DNA from: a virus
Taxonomy: Duplodnaviria > Caudoviricetes
Strand: one strand, 5' to 3'
IMG/VR virus record: IMGVR_UViG_3300031813_000006
Coordinates: 32,001 to 96,000 of that record
Length of the DNA: 64,000 nt
In this document: positions 46,390 to 56,914 of the stretch, one piece after another
Layout of the letters: each line of letters opens with the position of its first letter
Position numbering within the stretch: the first letter of the stretch is position 1
Translations under genes and position numbers: made by a program
The notes under the pieces: model-generated
The model's input: only the letters and a program-made list of their open reading frames with translations
What the model was told of the DNA's origin: nothing
Database searches by the model: none

Positions 46390-47670
46390 TTAAAAGTGAT
46401 TTACTTCCCTACATACAGTAGCTTGAAAGCTTGGTTTTAAATTATCAAATTTTAATCTCATTATCATTGCTCCATTACTATAAAAAGAAGATGGGGCAAA
46501 ATACATACCTGTTTCATGTAAAACAGCCCCATTATAGTAATTATTGGCAACCCCACTAAAAGTAGTTGAACCTCCTAATGATGTAGTACTTACTGAAGTT
46601 GTTCTATGAACCCAGTCAATTTTAAGCATACCTGCTATATTTGAAGATACAGGAGGAGCGTAAATATATCCGTCAGGACCCAATGCTCCATTGCCAAATT
46701 TTCCGTTTAGTGGTAAGTTGCTTCCTATTGCGGCCAATGTATTAGTTGACCAATCATACTCACAAACATAAGGTGCTTGTCCTGTAGGTATTAAATATAA
46801 TTTTCCATTAGGTGCAATTACACCGCCTACAAATGTAAAGTAAACTCCACCACCTCCACCATAAGTAGTTTGCAATGCAGTTGGTATTGTATATGCTGTA
46901 GATACTCCTGTGGTTGGATTTGTTATTATATAATCTGCAGTATTTGTTATTGAATTAGGAAACCATGCTATATTACCATTTGGCAATAACGTTGGTGTAC
47001 CATAAGCATTTTGCCCTACGGAAGCATATGTTGTAAATGTATTACTGTATGGATTAAATTTTACAGGACTTCCTGTTGCTAAATAACCCCCTTCACCTGT
47101 CCAAATCATACCGTATTGATCTATAACAGCACCATTACATCCATTATTATTAGGGTATGTATTTAATTGGCTAGTTTGTTGAGTATAAACATTATATATC
47201 CATACTCTTTGGCTTGATTGATATGGAAACATATATATATTTCCATTAGGGTGCATAACCGCACCTTGTACTATGTATGAAGATATATTTGAACCAACTT
47301 CTCTAAATACGTTGGAAAACGGGTCCCATTGACCCACATAATATGCACCTGAACCATTTGGTATCAAATATAACTTATTATCCGGACCAACTAAAATACC
47401 GCCATATCCGCCTCCACTACTATGATTGGAAGTAAGTATTGATGCTCCTGTGAAAGTTGTAGCGTTTGATTTTGTAGAACCAGGATAATCAATAAGTAGA
47501 TTTGACGTGTTACTATTTAAACCAACAGGAGCACCATAACCCATCAATTCATTATTCAATAGTTCAGCCATAACTAATGATGGCTTATTGGGTAATCTCC
47601 AATCTAATCTACCATCAACAGTAGTACTACCATATTCAATTTCATTACCGTATCCTAAAGGTTGTAACAT
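46390..47670 (-). CDS. Beta-propeller protein, probable receptor-binding/fibre tip
   Basis: Repeated G[AG]V[LI]xPNG[KN][LI]Yx[IF]P blades; located downstream of the tail fibre gene. Confidence 0.65.
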   Translation of the reverse strand: MLQPLGYGNEIEYGSTTVDGRLDWRLPNKPSLVMAELLNNELMGYGAPVGLNSNTSNLLIDYPGSTKSNATTFTGASILTSNHSSGGGYGGILVGPDNKLYLIPNGSGAYYVGQWDPFSNVFREVGSNISSYIVQGAVMHPNGNIYMFPYQSSQRVWIYNVYTQQTSQLNTYPNNNGCNGAVIDQYGMIWTGEGGYLATGSPVKFNPYSNTFTTYASVGQNAYGTPTLLPNGNIAWFPNSITNTADYIITNPTTGVSTAYTIPTALQTTYGGGGGVYFTFVGGVIAPNGKLYLIPTGQAPYVCEYDWSTNTLAAIGSNLPLNGKFGNGALGPDGYIYAPPVSSNIAGMLKIDWVHRTTSVSTTSLGGSTTFSGVANNYYNGAVLHETGMYFAPSSFYSNGAMIMRLKFDNLKPSFQATVCREVNHF

Positions 47671-47681
47671 AACAAAAAATA

Positions 47682-48101
47682 TTAATAATCAGTTGCCCTT
47701 GCAATTACGTCATTTTGGTCAGCAGCAGTATTATAAACTGATTGTCCTACAACTAAAGATGTACCTGAAGGGATAAGCAATCCACCTGGATAACTAAAAA
47801 CTATATAAGCACCTATTACTGTAGTACTTCTGGTTGCAGAAGGCATTGCTTGTTCGTCTAATAAAGTATAATTAGTTCCATCGTATGTCCAAAGTCTTAT
47901 AACCATAGATGATGATAAAGCAGCTGTTGCTTGTGAGTTATGTACCCTTACTTCTTCAATTCTACTACCATTAGAACCCGCTGTTAACAAAGTTGCTAAG
48001 TTTGTTGTAGATGAAGCATCTGATGTTGTATTTGGACCTGTTAATCTTGCCCTACCAATTCTTGGTATTAAGCCGAAAATAGGGTTTGTGTTTTGTGCCA
48101 T
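47682..48101 (-). CDS. Small fibre-associated structural protein
   Basis: 139 aa, beta-rich, MAQNTNPIF N-terminus, between the fibre and propeller genes. Confidence 0.55.
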   Translation of the reverse strand: MAQNTNPIFGLIPRIGRARLTGPNTTSDASSTTNLATLLTAGSNGSRIEEVRVHNSQATAALSSSMVIRLWTYDGTNYTLLDEQAMPSATRSTTVIGAYIVFSYPGGLLIPSGTSLVVGQSVYNTAADQNDVIARATDY

Positions 48102-48116
48102 TTTATTAAGTTTTTA

Positions 48117-48124
48117 CAAATTTA
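48117..48124 (-). promoter_or_regulatory. Putative -7 promoter element TAAATTTG
   Basis: Intergenic TAnnTTTG upstream of the start at 48101. An identical element lies at 55033-55040. Confidence 0.4.
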
Positions 48125-48125
48125 A

Positions 48126-51100
48126 TTATTTAAAGTTAATTGCAGCATAAACTTTTGCTCCAACTGATGCACCTGCTGTAGGTAAAACACCCCAAGAAGC
48201 ATTACCTGAAGCATCAGATGTTAAAACATTGCCAGATACAGGCGAGCCGTAAGTGTATTTAAACTGACCTGACATCGTTACTACTCCGGTAGATGTTGCT
48301 AGAGAAATCCAATTTGTCGTACCTGTAAGTGACCCCAATATAACATTTCCTCCCCTAGAAGAAATCATGGTAGTTCCACCAGCGGTATTGTCTAAGTAAG
48401 TTGCCCCAGAAACCCCTGGTGCCAAGTTGCCATAGTTGCCATATCCAGAAGTAACCCATCCATATTCACCTCCACCATTGCTTGCCCTAGACAATCCATT
48501 CGTAGCTACAAGAATATTTATTCCACTTAATGTTTGAGGCGCTCCAATTGTTAAATATCCTGCACCGGGTGCATGAACGCCTAACATTCCAACGCCTCCA
48601 TTGTCCATACAATTAAAAGTCTCGAAGGCGCTAGAGTTGTAAACCCTCAAAGATGCGGAAATAGAACCACTTGTGTTGCCTTGTATCTGAACCTTTGTAT
48701 CATTAGTAGGCACAATTCCGAATCCAGTATATCCTCCATCATTAATAATTAAGGTTGCTGTACTAGACGAATTTTGAACCTTTAATGTAACAGTACTTGT
48801 TGTACTTCCAAAACCAGTTATTTGAAATCCTCCACCTGAAACAGCCCTAGCTATTTCAACAGAATTTGATTTAATTACAACGTCTTTAGCATCTGTTGTA
48901 CCTAAAAAATTAGTTCCTGGTGTAGTTCCTGAGTTTCCTGTCAATGACCATCCTGAAGCGGCAGCCCAAGTTGGCACCCCTCCTGAAACAGTCAATACCT
49001 GACCGGTTGAACCGATGGCTAACTTACTTAATGCGTTAGTGCCAGATGCGTAAAGCATATCGCCAGTAGTGTAAGTAGTCTGACCTGTTCCGCCATAAGT
49101 AGGACCAATAGCCGTTCCATTCCATATTGCGGAGGTGAACGTCTGGCCTCCATTAATGTAAGCTACCGTATATCTACTTGAAGATGGACTAAAATAAAGG
49201 TTGGTGCCATCATATTCCATAGCACCAGCCTCTACCGAAGTTAGGTTAGTGCCAGAATTGAACTTCAAAGGCGCTGTTCCCGCTACTGCTGTTCCTGCTG
49301 AAAGGTGAAGTTGGGCTGTTGCGGAACCAGCTGCAATGTTAATGCCTACTCTACTATTTGTAGTGCTTACATTAAGAACGCCTGTAGCACTACTTGCTGT
49401 TCCTAAATTAATGTTTGCTGTGCCTCTAATATTTATATCTTTTCCATTCAAATCTAATATGTATGTAGAGTTTGAAGTGCCAAACGCATTAGAATAAGCA
49501 CTACCTGCCGAACCAAAATATCCTTTACCTCCGCTTACCGAATTGCATACCGTTTGAGCAACAACACTATTACTTCCAGCGCCAATATTAATAACCCCTG
49601 AATTTGTATTTGGACTAAGCCCTGTCATTGCGCTAGAGCCAATATTTAAACCACCTATCAATCCTAGCGTACCTGTATCGTCTAATAATGCAGTGTTGGC
49701 GCCACTCGTATTATTTGCTACAAAAGCAAATGTACTAGAACTATTGCCTAATCCATTAAAAGTTAATAAGGTACTACTATTGTTATATGCTCCATTTAAT
49801 GCTACATTCTTACCATCTGTTACAGCAAACCCTACACTACCTGAAGAGTTTTTAACTTGGAAAGAATAATTTGCAGATACACTAGATGCTCCAGTAACTC
49901 TAAATCCTGCACCACTTAAGAACCTTCCTATTTCTGCAGAATTAGCCTTAATAACTACGTCTGTTCCATCTGTTGTACCCAAGAAGTTTGTTCCCGCTGT
50001 TGTTCCGGCATTTCCTGTAGTATTCCAAATACCATTAATATTAATAGCAAGAGCTGGTAATGCTATATGACTATCATTTACACCACCTACTGAAATAGTA
50101 GTTGTAGGAGATGCGCCTGTTCCTGTTTTAACGGCATAAATCTGTAGGACAATCCTATTGGATGAGGAAGCCATAGTGTATGTGGCGCCCAATATAAATG
50201 TTACATATAAATCTACAATACTTGATGTAAGATTAGATGAGTTACCTGATGTACCTATCACACCTACTAAAGTATTAGTGCTAGTGTATTCTGATAATAC
50301 ACCATAAAGATATACTGCACCACTACCTGTCATTCCTGTTGCAGCAGCATGCACATTGATTTGTACAATACCTTCAGGAATTGTAAGGCTTGAAGGATAA
50401 CCTAAATTAGTAACAAACGTATCAACTAAAGTACCTGGGTATGCTGTATTTGTAGTAACACCTGGAAGAACTGTAGAAGATGTTTGAGGAGTTATAAGCA
50501 TTTGGTAATCAGAACCAAACGGTGAAGTAGATAACGCTGATTGTAAATAATATACTTGAAAACCAGCTAATGAAGGAGATTGCCAAGTAGCAACACCATT
50601 TGCATCAGAAGTTAATACAAACCCTGCAGATTGAGTACCATCAGCTAATGTTAAAGCACCTGATGTAGATTGTATAATATGAACTGAAGTAGATGGAGCA
50701 TTTGTTCCAATACCTAATCTATGATTAGCAGCATCCCAAAAGAAATTTGAATTACTTTGACTTAAAACACCTGATGCACCTGCATATATAATTGAACCTG
50801 CAGTTGGTGAAAACCAAGAAGGAGTTGCAGAAGAACCTGAAACAAGAGCTAAACCAGCAGTTGCTGTTCCAGCTAAAACTTGTAATTGAGTAGCATTACT
50901 ATAAACTATACCACCATTACTTGCAGTTAATGCAGCATTTGTACCTCCATTTGCTAAAGGTAATATACCACTAACATTAGATGTTAAAGATATTGTTGGG
51001 ATAGTCCATGATAAAACACCTGAACCATCTGTAGTTAATGCTTGACCAGAACTACCTGCAGTAGATGGGAAAGTAAGAGTATATGCAGAACTTCCGGTAG

Positions 51101-53654
51101 CAGGTTGAAAAGTAAGTAAATTAGAAGAGTTTCCATATAAAGCTAAAGTACCAACTGTACCTCCTGTGGCACCACCTATTAAACCACCTTGTGCAGAAAC
51201 ACTAGTAGTAGTTATAATAGCACCTGTAAAGGTAGAATACCCACCTTGGATATTAAAATATGCATTTTTAGAAGAGGTAGCATAATCAAAGTCAATATAA
51301 TTACCATTAATTGCAGTAAGAGTATGACCAAAAGATAAATTATGAAGACCTAATTGAAGATCTGCTGTGGCCCCGGTATAAGGAACATAACTACTTAAAG
51401 CACTAGATGTAACATATGTAACCCATGATAAGTTACCAGAACCATCATTTGTTAATGCTTGATTACCAGTACTTTGAGCATGAGGAAGAATCAATGAGAA
51501 ACTTGAACTTATACCACTAGCAGGTGCAATTAATGTAACAGCATTTGAACCTGCGCTTTCTAAAACTACAGACCCCGTTGTAGTTCCTGATACACCTGAT
51601 ATAAGAGATGATAAGGAAGTTAAACCTGTAGCGGTAAGTGAATAGGCACCTAATGTTACATTACTATTACCCCCTGTATAAGGAACATAATCTAAAGCCG
51701 CCAAAGAACTGGTTAAATAACTAACCCATGAAAGAGCGCCTGAACCATTTGTTGTAAGAGCTTGACCATTTAAACCAGCATTAACAGGTAAAGTTAATGT
51801 ATAACTACTGGTAAAAGCAGTTGCTTGAATAGCTGCTTGATAATTGTTTGACCCATTGGCAAAATGTAATGAACCATCTGTAGAAGTTGGTACACCAATT
51901 CTTAAATAATTATTAATATAAGCATTATTATCTACTGCAAATGTACCTACTACATGGGCGCCTCCAAATAATGCAATTTGACCAGACCCAGCATAGTTCA
52001 TATCAATATATGAACTACTTGTATTTGCCTGTATAAATTCATTAATAGTTAAATCTTGGGCACCTAAATTTAAAGGAGCTGTTGCACCACTATAAGGAAC
52101 ATATGTACTAGAAGCTGCAACAGTAGTTAAATAACTACTATTATCATAACTTATAGTTGTACCTGATATTTTTACAAAACCAGTACCTGAAAGTGCTGTT
52201 TGTTTATTAGTGAAAGTGTTCCAATCTGTAGAAGATAGTAACCCGCCTTGAGAAGTTGTTGCGTATTGTGTAGCTAATACAGCTTGAGCAGATGTTAAAT
52301 GATAATATTGTCCTGCGGATCCACCTTGTAAACCTGTTAAATCATTATGAGGTATAATTAAAGGAGTTGACATAAAAGATGCCGCACTAGTTCCTGAATG
52401 ATATACTGTAAAAGTTATACCTGTTCCTGAAGTAGTTCCTTTAATTTTAACCAAAAGAAGATCAGTCACACCTACTGTAAAACTTGGTTGAGTAGTTGTG
52501 ATGTTATATAAAGTAGGTGATCCTACATTAGAAATATTAATAGTAGCAGGAGATGTAAATAATAATACAGGACTGCTTCCATCAGAATAAGTAGAATAAA
52601 CTTCTACATCTACTGTTGAAGTTACAGCGCTAGATACTGCTAAATACAAATTAAAACTCCAAATACCTCCTGATACAGTACCTAAGTCATTAGCCGGAAC
52701 ATTAGATACCCATCCTGGACCAATATATTGTGGTGTACCAGTTGTTATAGATTGAGTCCAAGTTCCTTGAGATGCATTCTCAGGCCCGTGTTCCATCCAA
52801 TTATAACTACCTATACCTGATGAAGCACCATATAAAAAGAAATTTACTCCGGAACCTACGCCTCCAGATGACCCACTTGTTCCATTTACCCAGGCAATAC
52901 CATTCCATTGAAGAACATTACCTATGCTTGGTGAACTAATTACAACATCACTAAGATCATTAGCCAAAGTAGCCTTGCTTCCACTAAGTACTAAACCATG
53001 ACTATCATATGTAATTCTAGCAAAAGTTCCTGCTGTTATAGTAGATGGTAAAGGAAGATAATTAGCTCCTACCCAGGTAGATACAGCTTGAACTGATGGA
53101 TAAAGTGTATTATTTATTGTACCAAAACTAGTTGCTTTATTTGTAACATTTTCTGGAGTATATCCAATTAATGTTGAAATACTTAAATCACCATATCCTA
53201 AAAGACTATTACCATTAATAGTATGAATATTGGTACCTGAGATTAAAAGATTTTGTTTATTGTTAAAAGTAGTCCAGTCAGTAGAAGATAATAAACCTCT
53301 TACGCCTATTCCAGCTGTAGGAATATTAAAAGTATGGACCCCTGCTAAACTTGAAATACTAAAATCTACGCCATTTGTACTAGTAGCAAAAGCCTGAACT
53401 TTTTGTACTTGACCATTTAATGTTGTGATACCTGCAGTACAAGTAAGAAACGCAGCTAATACTGTTGACAAATTATCACCAGGATTTACATTACATACAG
53501 GTACTCCGTTATATATAACACAATCTGTAGAGAATGTTTCACTACATGCTTGAGGTTGATCACAAGCAAGTGATACTGGAATAGTAGTTAATGCAGAATC
53601 TTCACATCCACAACCTAAACCTAAAGAAGAAGCAGAAATATCACATTTACTCAT
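48126..53654 (-). CDS. Long tail fibre protein
   Basis: 1842 aa, G/S/T-rich. Repeats: GLLSSTDW, YVPY[ST]G, GQALTxDGSGxLSW, WxxTGNxGTTxGTNFLGTTD x2, VLTSDAxGxAxW. Confidence 0.85.
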   Translation of the reverse strand: MSKCDISASSLGLGCGCEDSALTTIPVSLACDQPQACSETFSTDCVIYNGVPVCNVNPGDNLSTVLAAFLTCTAGITTLNGQVQKVQAFATSTNGVDFSISSLAGVHTFNIPTAGIGVRGLLSSTDWTTFNNKQNLLISGTNIHTINGNSLLGYGDLSISTLIGYTPENVTNKATSFGTINNTLYPSVQAVSTWVGANYLPLPSTITAGTFARITYDSHGLVLSGSKATLANDLSDVVISSPSIGNVLQWNGIAWVNGTSGSSGGVGSGVNFFLYGASSGIGSYNWMEHGPENASQGTWTQSITTGTPQYIGPGWVSNVPANDLGTVSGGIWSFNLYLAVSSAVTSTVDVEVYSTYSDGSSPVLLFTSPATINISNVGSPTLYNITTTQPSFTVGVTDLLLVKIKGTTSGTGITFTVYHSGTSAASFMSTPLIIPHNDLTGLQGGSAGQYYHLTSAQAVLATQYATTSQGGLLSSTDWNTFTNKQTALSGTGFVKISGTTISYDNSSYLTTVAASSTYVPYSGATAPLNLGAQDLTINEFIQANTSSSYIDMNYAGSGQIALFGGAHVVGTFAVDNNAYINNYLRIGVPTSTDGSLHFANGSNNYQAAIQATAFTSSYTLTLPVNAGLNGQALTTNGSGALSWVSYLTSSLAALDYVPYTGGNSNVTLGAYSLTATGLTSLSSLISGVSGTTTGSVVLESAGSNAVTLIAPASGISSSFSLILPHAQSTGNQALTNDGSGNLSWVTYVTSSALSSYVPYTGATADLQLGLHNLSFGHTLTAINGNYIDFDYATSSKNAYFNIQGGYSTFTGAIITTTSVSAQGGLIGGATGGTVGTLALYGNSSNLLTFQPATGSSAYTLTFPSTAGSSGQALTTDGSGVLSWTIPTISLTSNVSGILPLANGGTNAALTASNGGIVYSNATQLQVLAGTATAGLALVSGSSATPSWFSPTAGSIIYAGASGVLSQSNSNFFWDAANHRLGIGTNAPSTSVHIIQSTSGALTLADGTQSAGFVLTSDANGVATWQSPSLAGFQVYYLQSALSTSPFGSDYQMLITPQTSSTVLPGVTTNTAYPGTLVDTFVTNLGYPSSLTIPEGIVQINVHAAATGMTGSGAVYLYGVLSEYTSTNTLVGVIGTSGNSSNLTSSIVDLYVTFILGATYTMASSSNRIVLQIYAVKTGTGASPTTTISVGGVNDSHIALPALAININGIWNTTGNAGTTAGTNFLGTTDGTDVVIKANSAEIGRFLSGAGFRVTGASSVSANYSFQVKNSSGSVGFAVTDGKNVALNGAYNNSSTLLTFNGLGNSSSTFAFVANNTSGANTALLDDTGTLGLIGGLNIGSSAMTGLSPNTNSGVINIGAGSNSVVAQTVCNSVSGGKGYFGSAGSAYSNAFGTSNSTYILDLNGKDINIRGTANINLGTASSATGVLNVSTTNSRVGINIAAGSATAQLHLSAGTAVAGTAPLKFNSGTNLTSVEAGAMEYDGTNLYFSPSSSRYTVAYINGGQTFTSAIWNGTAIGPTYGGTGQTTYTTGDMLYASGTNALSKLAIGSTGQVLTVSGGVPTWAAASGWSLTGNSGTTPGTNFLGTTDAKDVVIKSNSVEIARAVSGGGFQITGFGSTTSTVTLKVQNSSSTATLIINDGGYTGFGIVPTNDTKVQIQGNTSGSISASLRVYNSSAFETFNCMDNGGVGMLGVHAPGAGYLTIGAPQTLSGINILVATNGLSRASNGGGEYGWVTSGYGNYGNLAPGVSGATYLDNTAGGTTMISSRGGNVILGSLTGTTNWISLATSTGVVTMSGQFKYTYGSPVSGNVLTSDASGNASWGVLPTAGASVGAKVYAAINFK

Positions 53655-54115
53655 TAGCTGGCGGATTTTATAAAATAATTACTAATACCATCATAATAAA
53701 ACATAACTGATCTACCATTATTATTGATTACCATATTAGAGGTTAAACCTTCTATTTTGGTACCTACACCCGGGATCAAAGTAATATTATTTACACTGGC
53801 ATTAAATGCTTCATCCTTTATACAGAATTGAACTAAGTTACCTGTCATTAAATTAGCAGGAGGGAACTGTATAGTTACAGGTCCAACACTTGTATTAGTT
53901 ACTCCTAATATATCAGGAATATTATAAGGGGCTATCAAAGCTAGGTTTAAACTGGCAACGTTAACATTCATTCTACTGTATTGAATACAATTAGAAGGAT
54001 ATGTTTCACCACATGGAGAACCGTTTACACAATTAAGAGCAACAGGTATGGTTGTCAAAGAAGTATCCTGACAACCACAACCTACTGTAACTGATCCACA
54101 TGAATTACAAGCCAT
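53654..54115 (-). CDS. Short fibre/decoration protein
   Basis: Shares the Cys-rich N-terminus of the long fibre. The C-terminal TIQFP...IKDEAFNASVNNITL beta domain is common in phage fibres. Confidence 0.6.
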   Translation of the reverse strand: MACNSCGSVTVGCGCQDTSLTTIPVALNCVNGSPCGETYPSNCIQYSRMNVNVASLNLALIAPYNIPDILGVTNTSVGPVTIQFPPANLMTGNLVQFCIKDEAFNASVNNITLIPGVGTKIEGLTSNMVINNNGRSVMFYYDGISNYFIKSAS

Positions 54116-54126
54116 GATCTAAAATA

Positions 54127-55011
54127 TTAGTGTGTTGTTAAAGGAGCTAAATATGCTACTAAACCATTGATATCAATATTAAATCCACCAATAGTTGTAG
54201 GATCCATTGCATCTAATGTAACACTATGAGTTGGGTTAGTAGATGCTTCAGGAACAATAATTGTTTGTGAACCTGAAGTAGCACCATGTAAAGAACCATT
54301 TGAATTGATAATTCTATAGTCTATAGCGTGATCTCCAGTAGTTACTTTAGAATTGACAAATCTTAATGCAGAAGTACCTAAGAAACTACTATCAGGTAAT
54401 ACACCACCACCATTTTCAAGATCTAAGAACGTTTGTAAAATCAAAGTACCAGTTGTAGAGATAATTACAGAATAGTATCCACTATATACTAGACATCCAT
54501 TTCCAGAAGTAGCATTTGCAGCAACGCGTCTTAATCCAATACCTTTCATTGTATAAACGGTATCAGGAAGATTTCCTGCAGAAATGTCAGCTGATTGTAA
54601 AACAGGACTTCCTAAATTGAAAGTAACATTTCCATTTCCATTAACAACTACTCCAGCATTATCTCCAGCAACACCACCTTGAGCAGGTGTTACATAAAAA
54701 GAATTAGAATATGAAGACTCACTTGAATAAGATGTAGGAGTTGTACTTCCTGTATTCAAAGGAACTACTAAAGAACCTCTAAAATACATTGTCCTACCTA
54801 TAACTCTATATTGAGGAGGAGTTGACATCCATGAAAACCCAACCATATTTTGCCATCCTGAATCTGTAAGGATTGATGATAGCGGAGTCTGCATAGCTTG
54901 AGGGCTAGAAGGTTGATTTCCGTAATTTGCAGGAGGTACTATTGGAATAATAGTATTAGCTGCTAAAGGAAGAGTTGCTGTTAAAAATTGATTGACCGTT
55001 TGATCTGCCAT
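54127..55011 (-). CDS. Fibre/spike protein
   Basis: DSGWQN...PQYRVIGRTMYFRG resembles fibre C-terminal modules; N-terminal docking-like motif. Confidence 0.55.
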   Translation of the reverse strand: MADQTVNQFLTATLPLAANTIIPIVPPANYGNQPSSPQAMQTPLSSILTDSGWQNMVGFSWMSTPPQYRVIGRTMYFRGSLVVPLNTGSTTPTSYSSESSYSNSFYVTPAQGGVAGDNAGVVVNGNGNVTFNLGSPVLQSADISAGNLPDTVYTMKGIGLRRVAANATSGNGCLVYSGYYSVIISTTGTLILQTFLDLENGGGVLPDSSFLGTSALRFVNSKVTTGDHAIDYRIINSNGSLHGATSGSQTIIVPEASTNPTHSVTLDAMDPTTIGGFNIDINGLVAYLAPLTTH

Positions 55012-55047
55012 GTTATATAGTTTTTAGATTTACAAATTTAAACAATA

Positions 55048-56595
55048 TTATTGAATTAACCATTTACTACCTCCTGCTGATTGCAACCAATATCCTCCAC
55101 CATTGGTTACTACCCAACGGCTTGCGGTTGAAGGAATTGTACTAAATAATACAGGAGTACATAATGGAGGTGCCGGACTAACACTATTAGGATTAACTCC
55201 AATTTGTAATTTATAAGGTGTACCTGGTGATAGAGCATTGAATATTCCACTAACTAATCCTAAAGCAGGTGTTAAAGTTACAGTTTGAAGAATAGATCCT
55301 GCATTGTTTAATAAGTAAACAGTGAAAGGACAACCATTAGCAACTGAATTTGTAAATGACCAACTTACATCAGCTAGACCAGGGGTTATAGTTAATGAAG
55401 GACAATTGGCCACATTAACAATAGTATTAACAATTGTTCTATCACACATTAATCCTGTGGTAGTATTTTGCCATAAACCATTCATTGAAAGAACATAATC
55501 ACTAGAAATACTCATATTTGAATTAAGAGTGATTACAATAGGATTACTACTTCTAGCATCATTCAATAATGGGATACCTGTAAGGATTTGAAGATTACCA
55601 AAAAGATCTGTAATAGTCAATGTACTTCCAGAAGGCATATCATTAAAAGGAGGGTTACCAATTAATGCAGGATTAAGAGTGATTACACCATTAGCATAAC
55701 TAGGATTCAAATGGATAATTACATCATCACAATTATTTCCACAACAAGTTGCTAAATTAGTTACCGCGTTTCTTAAATCACATATGGTGATCATCATATT
55801 GTTTATGAAACTAGCAAGATTAGGAACAGGTGAAATCCATCCTGACAGCTGACCTAAGTTAGAACCAGGAATTCCTAGTGATTTAGCTTGAGCTAATGTA
55901 CTAGAACAACCTGAAGATAAGGCGTTTACAACTGATTGAGGATCACCAACTGCAGATTCTAACATACATAATTCAGATGCTACAGCTAATATACCAGCCT
56001 GTAAAGACAAAGTACCTGTAGCAAGATTACAAGAATTAAAGTTAAACGTTACTGTAGGTGGTACATAAGGAGCAGGAGGAGTTGCTGTTTCTAAAGCAGT
56101 AATCCTAGTATTATAGGCTACTAAAGTTGCATTTACTGTAACTAACTGGTCCAACATAGAGCAAACTTGGGTACCAATAGCTCTAGCGTAATCTACTAAA
56201 GTCATTTGAGTTACAGTATCTCCTAAAGGAGTAACTGTTTGAAAACAAGGTGCAATAGTAACTAAACATGTATCAGGACATCCTGTTGATGTTGATCCAG
56301 GTGTAGCACCTTTTAAAGCACATAACTGATTGAGAATGAAGTTAATAAGATCTTCAAAATCTGTTAATGCTGGGCAAATAGGATCAAAACAAAGTAATGC
56401 AGGAGCAAAGTTAGATAAGTCAACTTGATCTATTAAATTACAAAGTTGTTGAGCTAATTTAGCTGTAACATCACTTATAGAATCCCCAGTGCATAATTGA
56501 ATGCACGGAATATTAGGGCCTTGCCAGATTACACAATTACTTGCTACTGGAGTACACCCTGCTTGATTCTGACTACTTGTTGGTAAACCGGCCAT
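55048..56595 (-). CDS. Cys-rich fibre protein with coiled coil and a C-terminal FN3-like domain
   Basis: CxPVASNCVIWQG N-terminus; LVAYNTRITALE coiled coil; FNALSPGTPYKLQI is FN3-like. Confidence 0.6.
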   Translation of the reverse strand: MAGLPTSSQNQAGCTPVASNCVIWQGPNIPCIQLCTGDSISDVTAKLAQQLCNLIDQVDLSNFAPALLCFDPICPALTDFEDLINFILNQLCALKGATPGSTSTGCPDTCLVTIAPCFQTVTPLGDTVTQMTLVDYARAIGTQVCSMLDQLVTVNATLVAYNTRITALETATPPAPYVPPTVTFNFNSCNLATGTLSLQAGILAVASELCMLESAVGDPQSVVNALSSGCSSTLAQAKSLGIPGSNLGQLSGWISPVPNLASFINNMMITICDLRNAVTNLATCCGNNCDDVIIHLNPSYANGVITLNPALIGNPPFNDMPSGSTLTITDLFGNLQILTGIPLLNDARSSNPIVITLNSNMSISSDYVLSMNGLWQNTTTGLMCDRTIVNTIVNVANCPSLTITPGLADVSWSFTNSVANGCPFTVYLLNNAGSILQTVTLTPALGLVSGIFNALSPGTPYKLQIGVNPNSVSPAPPLCTPVLFSTIPSTASRWVVTNGGGYWLQSAGGSKWLIQ

Positions 56596-56612
56596 AATTT
56601 TATCCCTTTATA

Positions 56613-56624
56613 CAATCTACAAAA
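56613..56624 (-). promoter_or_regulatory. Putative late promoter motif TTTTGTAGATTG
   Basis: One mismatch to the copies at 46254 and 62376; intergenic. Confidence 0.45.
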
Positions 56625-56652
56625 AATAATACTAAAATCCTAATGATTTCAG

Positions 56653-56910
56653 TTAAACTTGAGAAACTACTTTGCTACCTGTTAATCTATATAATGAACC
56701 TAGAGGTAAAGCATTTGCCGCTGATATATCATCAGCAAAATAAGGAAGCTGAGGTAATGATCCTGATATAGCATGTCCCATAATATAACTTTGAATTTGA
56801 CCCAAAGTAATAATTTGAGCTACAGAGGTTCCATAAGGAACTACAGGAATTACATCAGAGTTAGTACTAGATGTAATAGGTGTAAGTTGATCTATTCTTA
56901 AAGGTATCAT
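56653..56910 (-). CDS. Small fibre/decoration protein
   Basis: RIDQLTP...DVIPVV N-terminus and a YFADDISAA..LPLGSLYR C-terminal motif found in phage fibres. Confidence 0.55.
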   Translation of the reverse strand: MIPLRIDQLTPITSSTNSDVIPVVPYGTSVAQIITLGQIQSYIMGHAISGSLPQLPYFADDISAANALPLGSLYRLTGSKVVSQV

Positions 56911-56914
56911 ATTT

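Noticed and set aside
46390-53654. Diversity-generating retroelement or invertible fibre cassette
   Set aside because: No reverse transcriptase, recombinase or near-identical nucleotide repeat pair was seen. The fibre repeats are diverged at the DNA level.
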